In this document: positions 30,979 to 32,000 of the stretch, one piece after another | Layout of the letters: each line of letters opens with the position of its first letter | Position numbering within the stretch: position 1 is the stretch's first letter | From: Alkanindiges sp. WGS2144 | GTDB lineage: Bacteria; Pseudomonadota; Gammaproteobacteria; Pseudomonadales; Moraxellaceae | Assembly: GCF_043950625.1 (NCBI RefSeq) | Contig: NZ_CP171007.1 | Direction: 5' to 3' (one strand) | DNA length: 32,000 nt | Program-made: the position numbers and the translations under genes | The notes under the pieces: generated by a model | What the model saw: only the letters and a program-made list of their open reading frames with translations | Told to the model about the DNA's origin: nothing | The model's database searches: none

Positions 30979-31100
30979 CCGTTCTTTTAAAGTTTTTCAA
31001 TCTTTCGTTTGAATCGCCTTTTGGTTGATTTGACTAAATTTTTAGCTAAATTTCTGTTAATTAACAGTTTTTATTTCGCCTCAATATCGCCGTGGTGCGC

Positions 31101-31160
31101 ATTATAGAGGGTTTTAAGCCCTTTGCAAGCACAAATAAAAATTTTTAATTTGTTCGCTGT
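31101..31160 (-). promoter_or_regulatory. rrn promoter P1 with A/T-rich UP element
   Basis: Minus strand reads TTGCAA (31128-31123), 16 nt, TATAAT (31106-31101), then the GC-rich discriminator GCGCACC. Immediately upstream is AACAAATTAAAAATTTTTATTTGT (UP-element-like). Confidence 0.65.
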
Positions 31161-31279
31161 TTTATTAAACAAGGGCGCACTTTTAAGCTATCTAAATGGT
31201 TGTCAATTGATAACAGGCGACCCGCTGCTCTTATGTAGATGGGGCCACCTGGCTGAATTACAAGGGCACGCGCCGCCTT

Positions 31280-32000
31280 TTAACTGCTTACTTTTACGCG
31301 GGCAATGGCTTTTTTGCCCGCCTGAATGATCACTTCATCACCCGCCTTTAGGGTAAAACCGGCATCCACTACCTGCTGGTCTACCTTGACTACACCACGG
31401 CCTATGGCATCTTTGGCTTGTGCGGCATTTTTGGTGAGTCCTGCACGCGATAACACACTGGTAATAAATAATTGTTCCTGACCGTCCAGTGACAGCTCTA
31501 CTTCATGAATGTCTTCCGGAATTTCACCATCAATAATACGGTTACCGGCACTCTTATGCGCATTGGCCGCCGCGTCACTATCATGAAAACGCTCAACCAG
31601 CTCCAAAGCAATAATGCGCTTGATTTCCTGCGGGTTACGCCCATTCTGCATTTCCTGTAGATACTGCCTGACTTCGCTCATGGGTTTAAAGCTGAGCAAT
31701 TCAAAATAACGCTCAATCAGGTTATCCGGCATGGACAGAATTTTCTGGTAAATGGTGCCGGGACTATCAAATACTCCAATATAGTTGCCCAGAGACTTGG
31801 ACATTTTTTGTACGCCATCCAATCCCTCTAAAATAGGTACAGTAATGCACACCTGGGCCTCCTGATCATAACGGCCTTGCAGGGTACGCCCCATCAGCAG
31901 GTTAAAGGTTTGATCCGTGCCACCCAGCTCTACATCAGCTTTTAGTGCAACCGAGTCATAACCCTGAATGAGTGGATATAAAAATTCATGGATGGCAATA
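31280..32000 (-). CDS. tyrS: Tyrosine--tRNA ligase, 3' portion (the 5' end lies beyond the window)
   Basis: The frame is open to the window edge ([38 protein letters not shown]...). KMSKS motif ([10 protein letters not shown]) and a C-terminal S4 RNA-binding domain. TAA stop at 31280-31282. Confidence 0.93.
   Translation of the reverse strand, partial: IAIHEFLYPLIQGYDSVALKADVELGGTDQTFNLLMGRTLQGRYDQEAQVCITVPILEGLDGVQKMSKSLGNYIGVFDSPGTIYQKILSMPDNLIERYFELLSFKPMSEVRQYLQEMQNGRNPQEIKRIIALELVERFHDSDAAANAHKSAGNRIIDGEIPEDIHEVELSLDGQEQLFITSVLSRAGLTKNAAQAKDAIGRGVVKVDQQVVDAGFTLKAGDEVIIQAGKKAIARVKVSS

Noticed and set aside
31199-31214. Near-palindrome GTTGTCAATTGATAAC containing the TTGTCAAT core also seen in the SDR and esterase operators
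   Set aside because: It lies between tyrS and the rrn P1 UP element and lacks the AATAATTATT half. It could equally be a Fis-type site or chance, since about one occurrence of an 8-mer is expected per window.

Overview
Chromosomal window from a gammaproteobacterium. The 16S/23S sequences look Moraxellaceae (Acinetobacter-like), but GC appears higher than typical Acinetobacter, so a sister genus is possible; this is inference from memory and no search was run. Most of the window is ordinary housekeeping DNA. It holds a 5'-truncated SPOR-domain gene, phoB-phoR, ribF-ileS-lspA-fkpB, and dapA-bamC-purC on the minus strand. It also holds tRNA-Gly(GCC), an M48 lipoprotein peptidase, a DUF805 gene and a complete minus-strand rrn operon (tandem promoters, 16S, tRNA-Ile, tRNA-Ala, 23S, 5S), plus the 3' two-thirds of tyrS. 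The least ordinary part is 0.6-6.3 kb, an accessory-looking block of TetR, SDR, methyltransferase <> HDO, TetR. There an NPPY-motif SAM methyltransferase is transcribed divergently from a 486-aa heme-oxygenase-like diiron oxidase (HDO) homologue. That homologue keeps the full E..H / E / HxxxDxxH metal-ligand pattern. This pair is my best candidate for an undescribed small-molecule N-modification system. Other items worth a second look:
- A related operator-like inverted repeat in the SDR and esterase promoter regions.
- Tandem DUF445 membrane-protein paralogues just downstream of phoBR, with TGTC repeats resembling Pho boxes.
- A 191-bp nested palindromic, MITE-like element.
- A 20-nt duplicate of the 5S rRNA 3' end, with its own hairpin, about 190 bp beyond the real 5S.
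No CRISPR arrays, transposases, integrases or phage genes were seen. All coordinates for RNA ends, promoters and terminators are manual estimates (a few nt either way).
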